A stretch of 64,000 nucleotides of DNA, from assembly GCF_009834535.1 (NCBI RefSeq), contig NC_045697.1, forward strand, positions 7,132,001 through 7,196,000, in the 5' to 3' direction. The DNA comes from Camelus ferus. Taxonomy: Eukaryota. A model generated the notes under the pieces. The model had not been told where the DNA came from and made no database searches. It worked only from the letters and a program-made list of their open reading frames with translations. Below are positions 39,434-52,901 of the stretch, in pieces. Position numbers and translations under genes: made by a program. Every line of letters begins with the position of its first letter. Position 1 is the first letter of the stretch.

Positions 39434-40237
39434 ACATTTCACCGAAGAACATTTATTACGGCAAGTAAGCACATGAGTAGACGGCCAACATCATTAGTCA
39501 TGAAGAAAATGCGAATGAAAACCACAACGAGATGCTGCCACACACCTCTCTGAATTGCTATGCTAATAGCACTGCTACTATCACTGCTCCTGTCAGTACC
39601 TGACGACGCTAAGGGTTGGTAAGGTTGCAGACTAACTCGGAATCTCGTACATTGCTGGTGGGGAAGCAAAATAGCAAAATCACTTTGGAAAACAGTTTGG
39701 TAATTTCTTGGAAAGTTAAATGCACACTCACTCTGTGATTCAGCAATCCTACCCCCAGCTATTTACTCAAGGAAGTGAAAACTTACGTTATACAAAAACC
39801 TATATGCAAAGGTTCATAGCAGTTTCACTGGTAACCCCCAGAACCTGGAAACAACCCAAATGGCTTTAACTGATGAATAAATGAACAAACACTGGTGTAT
39901 CCACACAACAGAATGCAACCAGGCCATGAGAATCCCAAATGACATGACAACATAGGTAAATCTAAAATATATTACACATCATGCAAGTGAAGGAAGCCGG
40001 ATTCCCGTTTGTACGACATTGTGTAAAAGGCAGAACCATAAGGATGAAGAACTGAGGATGGTCACTGGGCCTCAGGGCAGCAGGAGCATCTGAATACAAA
40101 GGGCAGCAGCTGTGTGTTGATGGAGCTGCTCTGTCTCCAGATCTTGGCGGTGGTTCCACTACTCAAGGCATTTGTCTAATCTCTAAAAATTGCACATCAA
40201 AAAGGATACTTCAGTGTATGTCTATGAAAAATAAAAG
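39434..40237 (+). mobile_element. Ancient L1 (L1MC/ME-like) ORF2 end and 3' UTR
   Basis: acatttcaccgaagaa...aaatgcgaatgaaaaccacaacgagat...cattgctggtggg...cactttggaaaacagtttgg...ctggaaacaacccaaatg. Confidence 0.85.
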
Positions 40238-42559
40238 TACGCAAATCATGTCTCGTGTACAATGCATGATCTTCACTTTTCAGCCTGGCCAAGGAGACAT
40301 GGCTCAACCAAAGTCATCTCACAAGCTGGACGTATAGGATGAGGTCACGTGATGGGAATTGAGGCAGCAAACATGCGGCCCTTCATCCCTCACCATCTGC
40401 AGACGTGGAGGAGTGCGGACTGCTTCCTTTGTTTTCCTTTGATCGCGCCCCCTTCTCTGAGCTGTGTTCTCTCCTGTAAATAAGTCACAAATGTTACCAC
40501 AGAAGAGAGAAATGGGAGCACAGTGATTTGCATACTCTAATTAAACGGCTGTTTCATGCGCCTTCTGTCTTGGGTTATATTGGGATGGAAACAAAAGTGT
40601 GCCTCTGATTCAGAGTCTGGAGTGTTATCCTTGGGAACTGGAATGAGTAAAATAGGCCAGGAAGCTTGCTGCCTTACAACCTAAATGGGGCTGGCGTGTG
40701 GCACTGCTCGGGGCAAACACCTGGCGTCACCGTCCTTAGCGGACTGGCCTTTATCTCAGGTAAGTAGGGCCTTTCGGTTGGATCTCTTCCCGACAGGTGT
40801 GCAGGGAACGATGAGAGTCTGGCCCGTGGGTGAATGACTGCTTCTCATCCATGGAATTCATTTTCTTAGTTGAAATGCTGCATAATCTGGTGGAGAGGGC
40901 ACTGAATTGGAAATCCAGGATATGGGGACCTTGCAAGGACTTTGCTGCTGACACCCAGGTGAGCCCTTTCACAGCTCCATGCCTGAAAGAACTCAATCAT
41001 TATCGTGATTGGTAATTCGTAATAAAAATGCAGACGATTTACGCATGGTTTTTAAATTTATAAAATGCTTTCGCACAGGTTAACCCTTTTAAGCTGCAGG
41101 TTCACATCTGGCAAGAGTAGCTAAGTGGCCTTCAGCGTTTGGTTTTACAGACTGGGAGAGCTGTCAGCTCCCATCCTTCCTTCCATCTTCATTCTGTAAA
41201 GATCTTTTAGTTAATGAAGCAGATTTGATACTGGACCGGATGTATTCCTGAATCAAAGAATTTAAGACCTGGCCTTTTCTTTTTCTTTTTTAGTATTAAA
41301 AAAATACATTATAGATGAGTTAGTGAGGTCCAGAGAGGGGAAGAGAGTGGGTAAAGGTCATTCCACCAGTAAATTACATTCTTAGAAAATTAGGCCTTAA
41401 GCCTGTGAAATATCACCTTATGGGACCTGAATGTGCTCACAACACGTGTGAAAGGGGCTGGATTGCTTTGTGTCTATCCTGACAGTGAGGGAGGATAAAT
41501 AGAGGCAATTTATGAGATGCTCTGGGTTCTTTAGAGTCAGTAAAGTGATTGCAAAGCAGTGGTCGATGAGACATAAAAAGTAAGTAAAAAAGGAAACATG
41601 ATTACGATTGGAGTGATGGGTTAAAATTTAAGTTAGGCATATTGAAGTGGAAATCAAGTAACTCATTAATATTTTTATAACTTATTGATCTTAATGTTAA
41701 ATTAGAGATTGACTGTGAACCTCATGATCTTGATAAGAAATACATGTTCTCAGTCCTGTCCCCAGGGTGGTCCAGCAGTGGTGTCTTCCTGTCCCTCGGC
41801 ACTTGTGTGGAAAGCATGGTCAGGTCATGGATACTCAGCACCCACGTCATCCTGCAACACTAGGTGGTTCTTGAGCTGGGGAGGCTAGGGAGAAGCAGGA
41901 CTCCCTGGAGGTCAACTGATCCCATGTCTCAAGATGGAGAAAAATTAGGATGGGCTTTGAGCTACAATGAATGCCGGAAGACAAAGAAACTTTAAAAAAT
42001 TGTCGAGGGTCAAATCGCAAGGACAAAGGAGATAGTGCTAAGAAACTCCTACTTGCCAAGTTATAACAATTGAAGCATCAAACGAGAATAGTAACTCTCG
42101 CTAATTGGAATGAATTGAGTCTGTAAGGAAGCTATGACATTCAAAGATGAAATAAGTTCATTAAAATGTATAAGATGATAATTATAATACAAAAGAAAGG
42201 TGAATGAAATTTTTAAATTGACTAAGATTGGTAGAGAACTATTGACATATATGACAGTGACATTTTGTTTTCCCAAGTACGTTTGTATAAGTAATATGCA
42301 TTTTTTTCCCCTTAGGAAAGATAAATTATACCTAGAGCAGCAAAGGCTGTTCGGCTCAAGAGATTATGGACAAAAACTAAGTGGAAAGCATTCCAGTGGG
42401 TGGACACATGATAGACTGGCCCAAATTCAAGATGAAGTCCTGAGAGGTCCACTCAGCCTCTCATCTCCTACAAAATGAAGGGTCTGGATGACTCAACTAA
42501 TTTTACTGAGATGCAAAACCTGTAAGTTGAGTGAAACTTTAATTTGAGGCTCAACATCC

Positions 42560-42965
42560 TGTACTAGTTTGTTAGGGCTTCTGGAACGAAGTACCACAGA
42601 CTGGCTTAAACAGAAACTTCCTGTCTCTCACTTCTGGAGGCTGGAAGTCCAAGATGAAGGTGTCAGCAGGGCCGGTCCCTTCTGGAGGCCACAAGGGAAG
42701 AATCTGTCCCAGGCCTGTCTACTTGGCATAGAGGTGGTTGTCCTCTCTCTGTGTGTTCATACCTGTCTTCCTCTGTATGTGTCTGTATCCCAATTTATTC
42801 TTCCTGTAAGGACACAAGTCAGGTTATGGCCCACTCATAAAGGGCCTTGCTTTAATTAAATTACCTCTCTAAAGACACTGTCTCCAAATATGGTTTCACT
42901 TTGAGGTACTGGGGGTTAGGACTTCAAAATATGAACTTTGGGGGCATATGAGTCAGCTCATAACA
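42560..42965 (-). mobile_element. Complete MaLR solo LTR (MLT1A/B-like) with intact 5-bp TSD
   Basis: TG...CA termini, ttctggaggctggaagtccaagat, ttgaggtactgggggttaggacttcaa; CATCC at 42555-42559 and 42966-42970. Confidence 0.92.
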
Positions 42966-43471
42966 CATCCCATGACACAGACATAATGATGGCAAAGAGC
43001 AGAGACACCCAACGCAGGAAAAGAGGTGGCTGTGAACACTCATGGACACACTGAATCAGTCTTGCTGAGGAATATGTGCTAGGGTTTGACTCACTTCAGG
43101 AGTTCAAACTATGGCCCTGGGTGTGGTCAATTCACTGATACTTCAACAATCCCAGCTGATCAATCACAGTCTTTTTGTTTTATGTTCAATAGCTCACTGT
43201 AACCTGGAAAGATACATTAAAGTATATATAAGTATGTGATTAATGGAGAAATTAACTAAACCTACCGGATCACTAATTTTCTCACAGGTTGAGTATGAAT
43301 ATAACAATACATTTTATAAGCATTATGATGTTTTGTGAATATTACATGTTTGTGAATGTATTTTTTAAGGTGTTAAAGCACTTAAGGAAATGTGTCACTG
43401 TAGGCTTATGCTTTTATTGAGATAGAGCATTTGAATAAGATTTATAATCAACTTTTTTATCACTTACAAAA

Positions 43472-43807
43472 AATTTATTGAAGTATAGTCGATTTACAAT
43501 GTAAGTTTCAGGTATACAGCAAAGTGATTCAGTTATATATACACATACATAAGTATATTTTATTTTCAGATTATTTTTTCATTCTCTGTTATTACAAGAA
43601 ATTGAATACAGCTCCCTGTGCTATCCAGTAGGTCTTTGTTGTTCATCTATTTTATACATAGTCATGTGTGTCTGTTAACCTCAAATTCCTAATTTATCCC
43701 TCTCTGCCCTTTCCCTTTCGGTAACCATAGTTTGTTTTCTATGTCTGCGAGTCTGTTTTTGGTTTGTAAATCAAATTTTTATCATTTTTTTAGATTGAAT
43801 GTATAAG
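43472..43807 (-). mobile_element. 5'-truncated lineage L1
   Basis: tttattgaagtatagtcgatttacaatg...ccctgtgctatccagtagg...ggtaaccatagtttgttttctatgtctgcgagtctg. Confidence 0.9.
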
Positions 43808-45374
43808 AGGATTTGCGAAGTTTCAATTTTGATTTATGAGTTGCACAATTTTATATTTAAATGTTTGGAGAAAATTTACTTAATATACTTATCATTCTAA
43901 TTACACTGAAAAATAAAAAAAGAGCAAGTGGTAAATTTGATGGTTTACATACACAAAACCCCATTCAGAAGGAACCCTCCTAGCAGGACTCCAGAGGTGG
44001 TTTGGAGCTGGGAACAGATATGACAGCAACATTCCTGGGCACCTACGTGGGGCAGGAACTCGTGGCCCTTGCACTCAGCCCTCTCCCTTCCTCCCTCCCA
44101 GGACTCTTGGTTCTTAATTCTAGTGTAAAGGAAGGAGGCTGATATTCACTCAAATGTATCTTTCACTAACTTTATTCTTTTGCAAGATTAAGACCGCTGA
44201 TGACAAAGAACAGTGATTCTGCCTCACTGGAAAACACCACGGCTGTTGCACTTCTTAAAAAGCTGGGAATGATGGAAGATAACCTGCCCCTCCAAAGAAA
44301 TTTGCATCACAATAATTCCTATGACCACTCTCTGACCTTCACAAACCCTGTGTTTCCAGATTTCCCCACCTCCTTGCCTTTGCCTGTGTTGATATCCCTT
44401 CTTGTAGGACTCTCTCCACTCACCTTCACTCAGAGATGAGCAGAGAATGGGTCTCCTCCCCAGAAAGAACTTTACAGTATAGTCAGGGCATGTCCCCAAC
44501 CTTCCAGAGTCTGCTGTTGATGAGAAAATTGATTCAGTAAATTTAATTCATTTAAGATGTCCAAGATTCAAGATATTACTAAAGTGTTACATTATTATTT
44601 ACATTTAAAAGTAGGGGAGTGCTTAATGCTTAATTTGAAGGAACTATCTGAGTAACTAGACATGAATTCAAATCTACCTTATTAATAACTCCATGTGCCC
44701 ATGACTATGCTATGTACCAAGTCCCTGATTTTAGTCACAGCATCACTGTTCAAGGGAAACTTACCTTATAGAAATGAATGCCAGTAGCTGTCATTTTTTG
44801 GGTACCTCTTCCAGGGCTGTTTGGTACTTTGTATACATCAATACATGAATTCCTCCCTCCACCCAGTGGTCTGTGTATTATTTGCTTAACAATGACAATG
44901 AGAGACTCAAAATGTTAAGGTATTTCTGGTAGTATTATCTGGGTAGGGCTGAAATTCAAATTTTGGCCTTATAGACTGTAAATCTAGCTCACTTTTGGCT
45001 AAGATTCAATGTTGCTTTATGCCTTGATTTTTAGTTTCTGATTTGTGAAATAGACATAATGACGCTTACGCATGAGGCCCATGAGAGATCCAATAATATT
45101 AATATAAAGAGAAGGCACGCCTCTCTCCATATGCAGCCAGGTGGCTGGGCATTTTCAACCTTCCAGGCCACTCTTCCCTGGAAACCTCAGTTTTGAATAT
45201 ATTTATGTTTATAGTTACATTTGCATTTATAGCTATACAACCATGAACACTCGAGGTGAAGTCTTTCCTGTACCTCAGTCTGGATGGGGCACAGTGTGGA
45301 TGGATGGTGATGTGGGTACCCTCTTCCCCTTAACTTGGCCTTGGATCGGGATCTAGATTTGCCATTGTTCGGAG

Positions 45375-45570
45375 TAGGGTTACTGGATGAAGCAAACACT
45401 AATACAGAATGTCCAGTTATATTTAAATTGCAGGTAGACAACATTTATTTTTGGTATAAGTGTGTCCCAATATTTGTATACAACATCTGGGATGTACATA
45501 CACAAGAAATAATTTGTTTACCTGAAATTCAGATGCGGCTGGGTATCTTGTATTTTATCTAGCCACCCTA
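45375..45570. mobile_element. MER53 palindromic hAT MITE
   Basis: TAGGGT...ACCCTA termini; internal inverted halves around gtcccaatatttg...ctgggatgtac. Confidence 0.85.
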
Positions 45571-45929
45571 ACCATAAACCCTAGGACCAGATCTGGCAGC
45601 TCTCACCAGAGTCAGGCCCTTCCCGGGCAGAGAACCGATGAGTCAACAATTAACCGACCAGTAGACAGAGTCTGGGGCAGGCACTGAGGGTCAGCCTCAA
45701 AGATAAAAAAGACGAAAAGACAGGCACAGTGGACCAGATCAAACACCTCCAGGCCTCCTAGAGGGCTTGTCCCTCGTGCAAGAGGACAGTCTTTCCTCTC
45801 CTCTGATGGTGACCTGTTTTTCCTCTTTCATTTAAAGAAACAATTTTGGTTTTGTGCTCATCTCGAACTTGGGAAGCTTCTGGACAGATGGCAACTCAAC
45901 TAATTGCTGGGATTTTTTTCTCTTATGGG

Positions 45930-46008
45930 GCCCCTGGATCTATCAAATCAGTATCATTTCATGGAGAATCAACTCTGTGAACTTTCAGTTGTTAACCACT
46001 CTTTTCAA
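45930..46008 (+). repeat. 79-bp dispersed direct repeat, copy 1
   Basis: Matches 47566-47644 with 4 substitutions and no gaps. Confidence 0.95.
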
Positions 46009-46622
46009 GTACACTAAAATATGCCAAAAAAAAAAAAAAGCATCTTTCTATTTTCACATCTTATTTGGTTTTTCTAAATTTATTCCAAACTGGAAACCTG
46101 AGTCCTATCCAGTCATTTAGGTGGTCTTTTTGGGGTAGTGCATTTTCCGTAGAGTTGAATGTTCAGTCTTTCAGATTATTTTCCCGTTACCCCTGCGGGT
46201 TTAGCACAAGGTGTGCATTCATTAATGCTTATTTAAAAAATGAAAGGTATCCCATTTATCTACACCCACGTCCATAAATGACAAGTCAACTATCATAATA
46301 ACTGTATCTGTAGCTGCCGTGAATGGGGCATTTAGTTATATGATTTCTAACTTTTGAAGTGTCCTGTTACATTTCACAAATAGAGAATCCAGGGTTCAGA
46401 TGAGTTAATTTTGCCTGAGGTCACACAGATTAAATGTTAATAATGGTAGAGCTGAGAATAGACCCAGATATGTCAAACCTTAAAGTTTTCTCTTCTATTA
46501 TCCTGCCTTTCAACTAACCAAAATAGTGCTTTAGTTTTACAAGGTGCTTTGATGTACTTTGGGAAATGTAAAGTGAATTGAAAAGAACTCTTGATTTGAT
46601 GTCAGTATGCACGGATCTAAAC

Positions 46623-46835
46623 CAGGGCTTCTCCAGCTCGGCGCCATCAACATTTCGCCTGGACGATTCTTTGCTGTAGGGAGTTGTGTTTGTGCATTGC
46701 AAGGTGTTTAGCGTCATCCCTGGTCTCTGCCCACTAGACACCAATAGCGTAATTCCCCTGTTGTGACAGTGCGCAGTATGCAAGCATCACCAAATGTCCC
46801 CTGGAGGCAAAATCATCCTTGCTTGAGAACCAGTG
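46623..46835 (+). mobile_element. MER20 hAT-Charlie element
   Basis: cagggcttctcc...tgtgcattgcaaggtgtttagcgtcatccctggtctctgcccactagacaccaatagc...caaatgtcccctggaggcaaaatc...ttgagaaccagtg. Confidence 0.9.
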
Positions 46836-47565
46836 GTTTAACTGGATACTGAACCACGTGTGAGATCTTGATCAGTTCATTTTATTTCTCGGAGCTCAGC
46901 ACCTCCACTGCAGAGCAGAAATTACAGCATTTGCCGACCTCATCGGGTCAGCACACAGCTCTGGTGAAATTACAGGAAACCACGTTGATGGAGGCCTACT
47001 GAGTGCAAGATGTCCCTGCAGACTGCACAGTTTCTTGCTTGGTCCACCGTCAGCCCTGTGGATGCTAGCAGTACCTCCAGTTCACGGATGTGGAAAGAGA
47101 GTCTCAGAGAAGTGGGGTAACATATTTAAGTTCACAGATTCAGCAAGCATGAGCGAGTAGAGTCCAATGCAGGTTAAGTTCAAAACAGATGCATTGAAAA
47201 GATGTGAAGTGATCTGGTCCACTCTAACCTATGGCCCATGTGGAAAACTTGACGGGTCGTTCCATTTGTTTATTTGGTCCATATAATCACCTTGCAATAG
47301 GACAAACAACCACAACTTTTATTTATTTTTTGCTCAGCCAGGCAGTCAGAGTAAGAGAGAAACTGGGAAAATTAGTACATGTCCTGAGCCGTACGATGTC
47401 CTGAGCCGACATTCCTTAAGTTCCTTTGTGACTATGCGAATGGACATTCTACCTCACAGAAAGGACGCAGCCCACAGACAATCATAAAAGAGATGCCAAT
47501 ATAACCATTTCTTTTAAAATGAAAAGATGACACTTGATTCACATGACAGAAGAAGGCAATGCTCA

Positions 47566-47644
47566 GCCCCTGGATCTATCAAATCAGTATCATTTCATGG
47601 AGAATCAACTCTGCGAACTTTCAGTTTTTAACCATTCTTTTTAA
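47566..47644 (+). repeat. 79-bp dispersed direct repeat, copy 2
   Basis: Matches 45930-46008 with 4 substitutions and no gaps. Confidence 0.95.
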
Positions 47645-47769
47645 ATGGTTCTCAGTAATTCCACTGTTGTCATCATTTAAAAATAAATGTAATTTGGTGC
47701 TGTCTTCAGGGATTGAACAGGAAAAAAATGGTATTGTTTTGGCCAAAGAGAGAGAGAGGAAGATTACCA

Positions 47770-47820
47770 GAGGAAGGAAGTAAAGAAGGAAGGAAGGAAG
47801 GAAGGAAGGAAGAAGGAAGA
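47770..47820 (+). repeat. (GGAA)n purine-rich tetranucleotide tract
   Basis: gaggaaggaagtaaagaaggaaggaaggaaggaaggaaggaagaaggaaga. Confidence 0.9.
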
Positions 47821-50489
47821 GATATTAAAAAGGAAGAGTATGAAAACCATTCTAAGAAATTACAGGTAAGGAAGCTACAAGCCAACATCTTTTTCTTTAC
47901 AGGAAGAAAAAGTGTGTTTAAAAATGTGCTGAGTCTGCTGAATGCTTGGGAATAATCACCCCTTGGACCTCCTAGAAGTGCAATTCAGTTGCAGACATGG
48001 CCCGCCTCCTGGCCCAGTGCCTCTGGGTGGCACACAGAGTGTCACTGGGGGCCCTGTCCCCGGGGAGCATCGCCAGGCCCATCATTCTTGCACAGGAGGA
48101 GGCTGACCTACACCTGAGTTCGCATTCTCCACGGAACCTTATGCAGCTTGGGGACCCTTCTGATGATTTTTGAAAGTTGTGGAGGAGACTTGTTTCCTTC
48201 ATCCAGAAGCTGACTGTCTTTCTGTGCTCCCTGCAAGGAAGATTGGAGCAACTTAAACACTATAAAGCCTTGTTATTTTACATTAGAAAGAAAGTGTTCC
48301 CATGGGTGGTTTCAGGTAAGCCTCAGATCTAGTCTTTCAGTTCATAAGAACGGGGGAGGGGGTGTGTGTAAACGTGACAAGGTAGCTCCCACCTGGAAGA
48401 ACATGCAGGAGCCGGAACAGAGGGCCCTGCGCTCCCACAGCCAGAGGGGTTCCTAGCAAGGGAAGTGGAGCTCCGTCCGGAAGAAAGAGGTGGCTGCACC
48501 ATGGCTTCTATAACCTCTCCAGAGTCAGGAACTCAGATCCGAGAGTCAGGCACAGGAAGCGGGGGTTGGGGGTGGGGGAGGGCATGTCAGAAATTCAGCT
48601 TTCCGGATTTTTTTAATTGTTATTTTCTTCCCTCCTGGGCCCAATCACTGGTCCTTTTCATTCACTGTGACTGGTTTAGCCAGATGCAACCATCACATGT
48701 TCTAGAGTAGAAATCAGAATGAGGACTCAGTTTCTGCTCTGCCCCGAATTAGTTTTGTCATTTTAGGCAAATGAAACGATCTACTTTACTAGGCATGTAT
48801 TTCCTTACCAACAATAGGATGATATTGTAACTTTGCTGATTACTAGTCTCCCACCTTTTTTTTTTTTTCCTTCTAGCTATGAGATCTATTTATCAAGTGA
48901 AACATACCTCACCTGGAACTTGGAACTCGGAACTCCATTATAGGGAACACAGACAAGCAAGAGCTGAGTTGGCTGGCCTGGTTGGCTGAGCAAAGTTCAG
49001 AGAAATGAGTCAGCAGGGCTTCCTGCCCCAAGGGGGCTCCCCTGGGGGCTTCTGAGGCATCAGCCAAAGGGATGCAGAAATCCTCAGGCATTTTATCCGC
49101 AAGGGTCTTTCACATCCTCGTAAGTCTACTCTGTACATGAAAAGAGAGCATGTGAGGAAAAACACCGAGCAGAACTGGAAGTGCATAGTTTTGTTATGAC
49201 AATGATTGTGATCTTTGGCTGGAGCCGAAGGCCGTTGCTTCCGACCGAGAGAGGCACGTGGGCTGCTGGCTTCACACGACATTGGCAAGGACAAAACCCA
49301 AGGCAAGCTTCGGGAAGGTGGCCCAGCTTTCCTCTGTGAAAATAAGAGCTTGAGAAAGTATTGAGCAACTCAGGAAGAAAAAAAAAAAAAAGAGAGAAAG
49401 TGAGTAAGAGACTGAGCTGAATGGCTTTTCTTAGTAAAGTATTTCCTCTAATTGAAAAGCATATCACAGAAGCCAGGGTGATCAGGAAGCCCCCTGACTG
49501 GGGTTAGTCATGAGCCGACGCCCTCAAATTCTTCTCACTGCTGGATCAGTGAGGGAGGGAAAGGCTTGCTGGGACCGGCCCCCTCCCTCTGGTGACCGGG
49601 AAGAAGGACAGAGAGGCTCCTCTGTAGGACAGCTCATCCCACTGGGCTCCTTGCAGTCACAGGTGGGGATTTATTCACTCACTCACTCATTCATTCACTC
49701 ATTCAGTGAGAAATAGTGCCTCTGCACACAGTAGAGAACACCTTTATATCCTTTCTCCAAGTTCACCAGCTGGTGAATTCCCCATGTGCCCGGCTTTAGA
49801 ACACAGAGGCGAGCAAGGTTTCACAGGTTCACCCATCTCTGAAATCCATCAGGGCAGCAGTAGCGTCCTCCCTGAGAAGCCTGCCTCAGCCTCCTGGTCC
49901 AGGTGAGATGCTCATCCAGGTGCTCTCTGCAGTGCTTGTGTTCACCAGGGCCATCACATCCCCTGCAGTGGGAGCTCTGGAATGGTGGAGCCCGGGGCTC
50001 TGCCGTCCACAGCTCTGGTCCCAGAAAGCTCACCATGACCCCCCGGCACTGGTGTGTAGGAAGTGTTCAATAAACAGTGGCTGGGAGAATGTAGCAGCAC
50101 CGTCACAGCACTCTGCGGCATCCGGTTCCTACCTGTTCTTCCCCCCTCTACCCTCCCTGTGGGCTGTGAGCTCCAGAAAGGTGAAGCCCCGCCTCTTCCT
50201 GCCTGACCTCAAGGGAACTGTCCTTTCTAGCGAGGGGAAGTGAGCCTGGTCTGAATTCAAATCTGGGATCCTGCCACATCCTGCAGTGAGTATCTTGTTT
50301 TAATTTCCTCATATCTACACATGAAAATGAAGACACATTTCCACATCCAGAGCTTTTTAGAAAGTGTAGAAAGAATGCCTGTGACCTGCCGAGGACATGC
50401 TGTAGCAAATGATGGGCACACAGTAATTACTCACTATTAATAGAAACTTCAATTTGTTTAAGCTTCTAAAGCTCATTGAATTGCTGAGA

Positions 50490-51385
50490 AAACAGTCTCT
50501 CTAGAGAACTTCTGCATACACGCCTGCCAGACTCACCAGTTTTTAGCATTTTGCCACATTCGCTTCATCATCTTCTCTTTATATAAATAGATATACAAAT
50601 ATATACACACACATACATATATTATGCAGATATGTGTGTGCAAATTATGAATTCTAAAATGATGATTTGTTTTTCCGAACCATTTGAAAGCGGATCACAT
50701 GCATTCTGCGGTTTTACTTATTACGATTTCAGTCTATAATTCCTAAGAATAAGAATGTTCTCTTAAATAACCACAATACTGTGGCATTTAGGAAATGTGA
50801 CATCATTACAACTCTTTCATCAGATTTACCTTCCAATGTCCCATATTTGTTAATTGTCTGGTTATTGTCCTTGAAGCCCTGTCCCCTTCAGTGCAGGATC
50901 TGGTCCATTTAGTGGCTGTGTCTATTTAGCCTCTTCAATCTGGAAGGTTCCTCAGTCCTTCCCACTTCCGTACGTTGACCTTTTGGAAGAATCCAGGCCA
51001 GTTGTCGGCTACCCTTCAGCGTGCGTTTGTCCCATGTTTCCTGATGATTAGATTCAGGTTATTCATCAGCGGCAGCGTTTCCTCCTCAGTGCATCCCATC
51101 CAGAGGCTGCGGTCGCCCCACCGCTGCTCATTGCTAAGGGAGATTTTGATCACACAGCCAGCGTGTCATCTGTTTTCATCACTGAGTAGTGACTGTCTTT
51201 CCCTTCTCAATGAATGACCCTTTGAGACCGTGCATGTATTCTCTTCCTCACCACGTTTCCCCCAGACGGGGCCTCTGTTGATGATTCTTGCCTAACTGAC
51301 CCTCCGCAGGATGGCTCGGCAAGGGGACTGCGGTGCGCCACCACCCTCCGCGTTTTTATCACAGGCTTTCCGCTATAAGAGAGAA
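50490..51385 (-). mobile_element. Ancient L1 (L1MC4/5-like) 3' region
   Basis: agcattttgccacattcgct...gaaccatttgaaag...ttcctaagaataagaatgttctcttaaataaccacaatac...tgatgattagattcaggttat. Confidence 0.75.
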
Positions 51386-52492
51386 CTGTCTGTGAGTAGG
51401 CAAGGTGGTGCACCTAAGGACACTTATCCTATTGTCAGAAGGAAATGGGGACCTGGGGTGCCGGTAAGAGATGAGGCTGGAGATGGAGGTTCGTATGTTA
51501 ACCCTCGGAGAAGCCCTGAGAAAGTGTGGGAACAAAGAGAGGAATGAGGCTGAGAAAACGTGGGACATTCTGCATGAGAAACAAAGAAGATGCAGTTGCA
51601 GGAGGCTCAGTGGTGCAGAGAAGCTGAGCAGGAGCTGCGGGCAAAGGTGGGGTCAGGTCCCACTCAGGCCACAGTCAAATGGTTGCGGAAAGTCTCTCTA
51701 CCCTTGACTCCGCTTGTTCTTCCATTAAACGGTGACCATCCTCCTGATCTCATAGTGTGTTCCTGAGTTTTAGACAGACTTTGGATCCAGAGTGCCAAGC
51801 ACACTGCTTAACATCACGTGTGTACTCACTAAATGCCCCTTCCCTTCTTCTTCCCTTTGTGTTTTCAGACATTGCCATGGAAACACATCTCCGCTTACAT
51901 TAATGTCCCTTTAAAAAGTTTGCAATTGCTTTAAAAGCTTGTTTTTTTTTTTTAAATCTAAAATGAGAAATTCTACATTTAATAACATATCATATTTCCT
52001 GCTAACAGTAAATTCAATGCAGGGTCCAGGCCACCTCTGAACTCAACTCGGAAGTCTCAAGAGATGCTTACATTTCAAAACTGTTTTAATTATTTTTGGT
52101 AAATTAAATATAACAAACTAATTATTTTGCATGATGATAATGATATCACCATTTTGTTATTATCAATAAAATATGTTACCAATAATTACTACTTTTAAAG
52201 TTGGATAGGTAGTATTTGCCAGGCCCTTTTCCAGAAGCTTTAGAGGATTATTTCTAATCCTTACAACTGCCTTGTCAATATTCTTTCCATTTTACAGATG
52301 ACGACACTGAGACTCAGAGTGTACGTGTGATCTGCTGAAGGTCTTACTGTTGGAAAGGGGTAAGCCAGGCAGTATATATACTCTGTCTCCAGAATGTATA
52401 CACTTTGCAGTCCAGATTACTTCCAGACAATGATTTGAAAACATCACGTTCTCCATCTGCTTCTTCTGAACTTGGCTTAGCATAGACCCAGA

Positions 52493-52901
52493 TGTAATCT
52501 ATTATCTAACTGATCCAGAGACGGTTATTCCTTGACAAACATCCTGTGCTCCCCCTTCATTTCCCACTTGCTCTGGCAATTAGGTTGAGGCCAAGGGACT
52601 CCTTCTGTCCAAAGAATCTGAAACAGAATGACACACGTTACTTCCAGGGGAGGCAGTTATAAGGTGTGTTTCTTCTCCCTTTTCCTCCCTGTGCTGAAGG
52701 GACCCTAAAAACAGCATGTTACAGTGGCTCTATTATAGATGAAGAGAGCATGTATCCCTGAATTGCTGGATGAAGGAGCATCCCAGACAAGCCACATTAG
52801 ACTTTGCATGGGGAAGAAACCAACTTCTGTTGTGCTGAACCACTGTGATCATAAAGTTTACTTGTTACTAGAGCACAGCCTAGCCTACCCTGACTGACAC
52901 A
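52493..52901 (+). mobile_element. MaLR LTR (MLT1J-like)
   Basis: 3' end ttctgttgtgctgaaccactgtgat...ttgttactagagcacagcctagcctaccctgactgacaca. Confidence 0.75.

Noticed and set aside
41520..42240. Possible ancient L1 3' UTR remnant
   Set aside because: Too diverged to assign family or boundaries by eye
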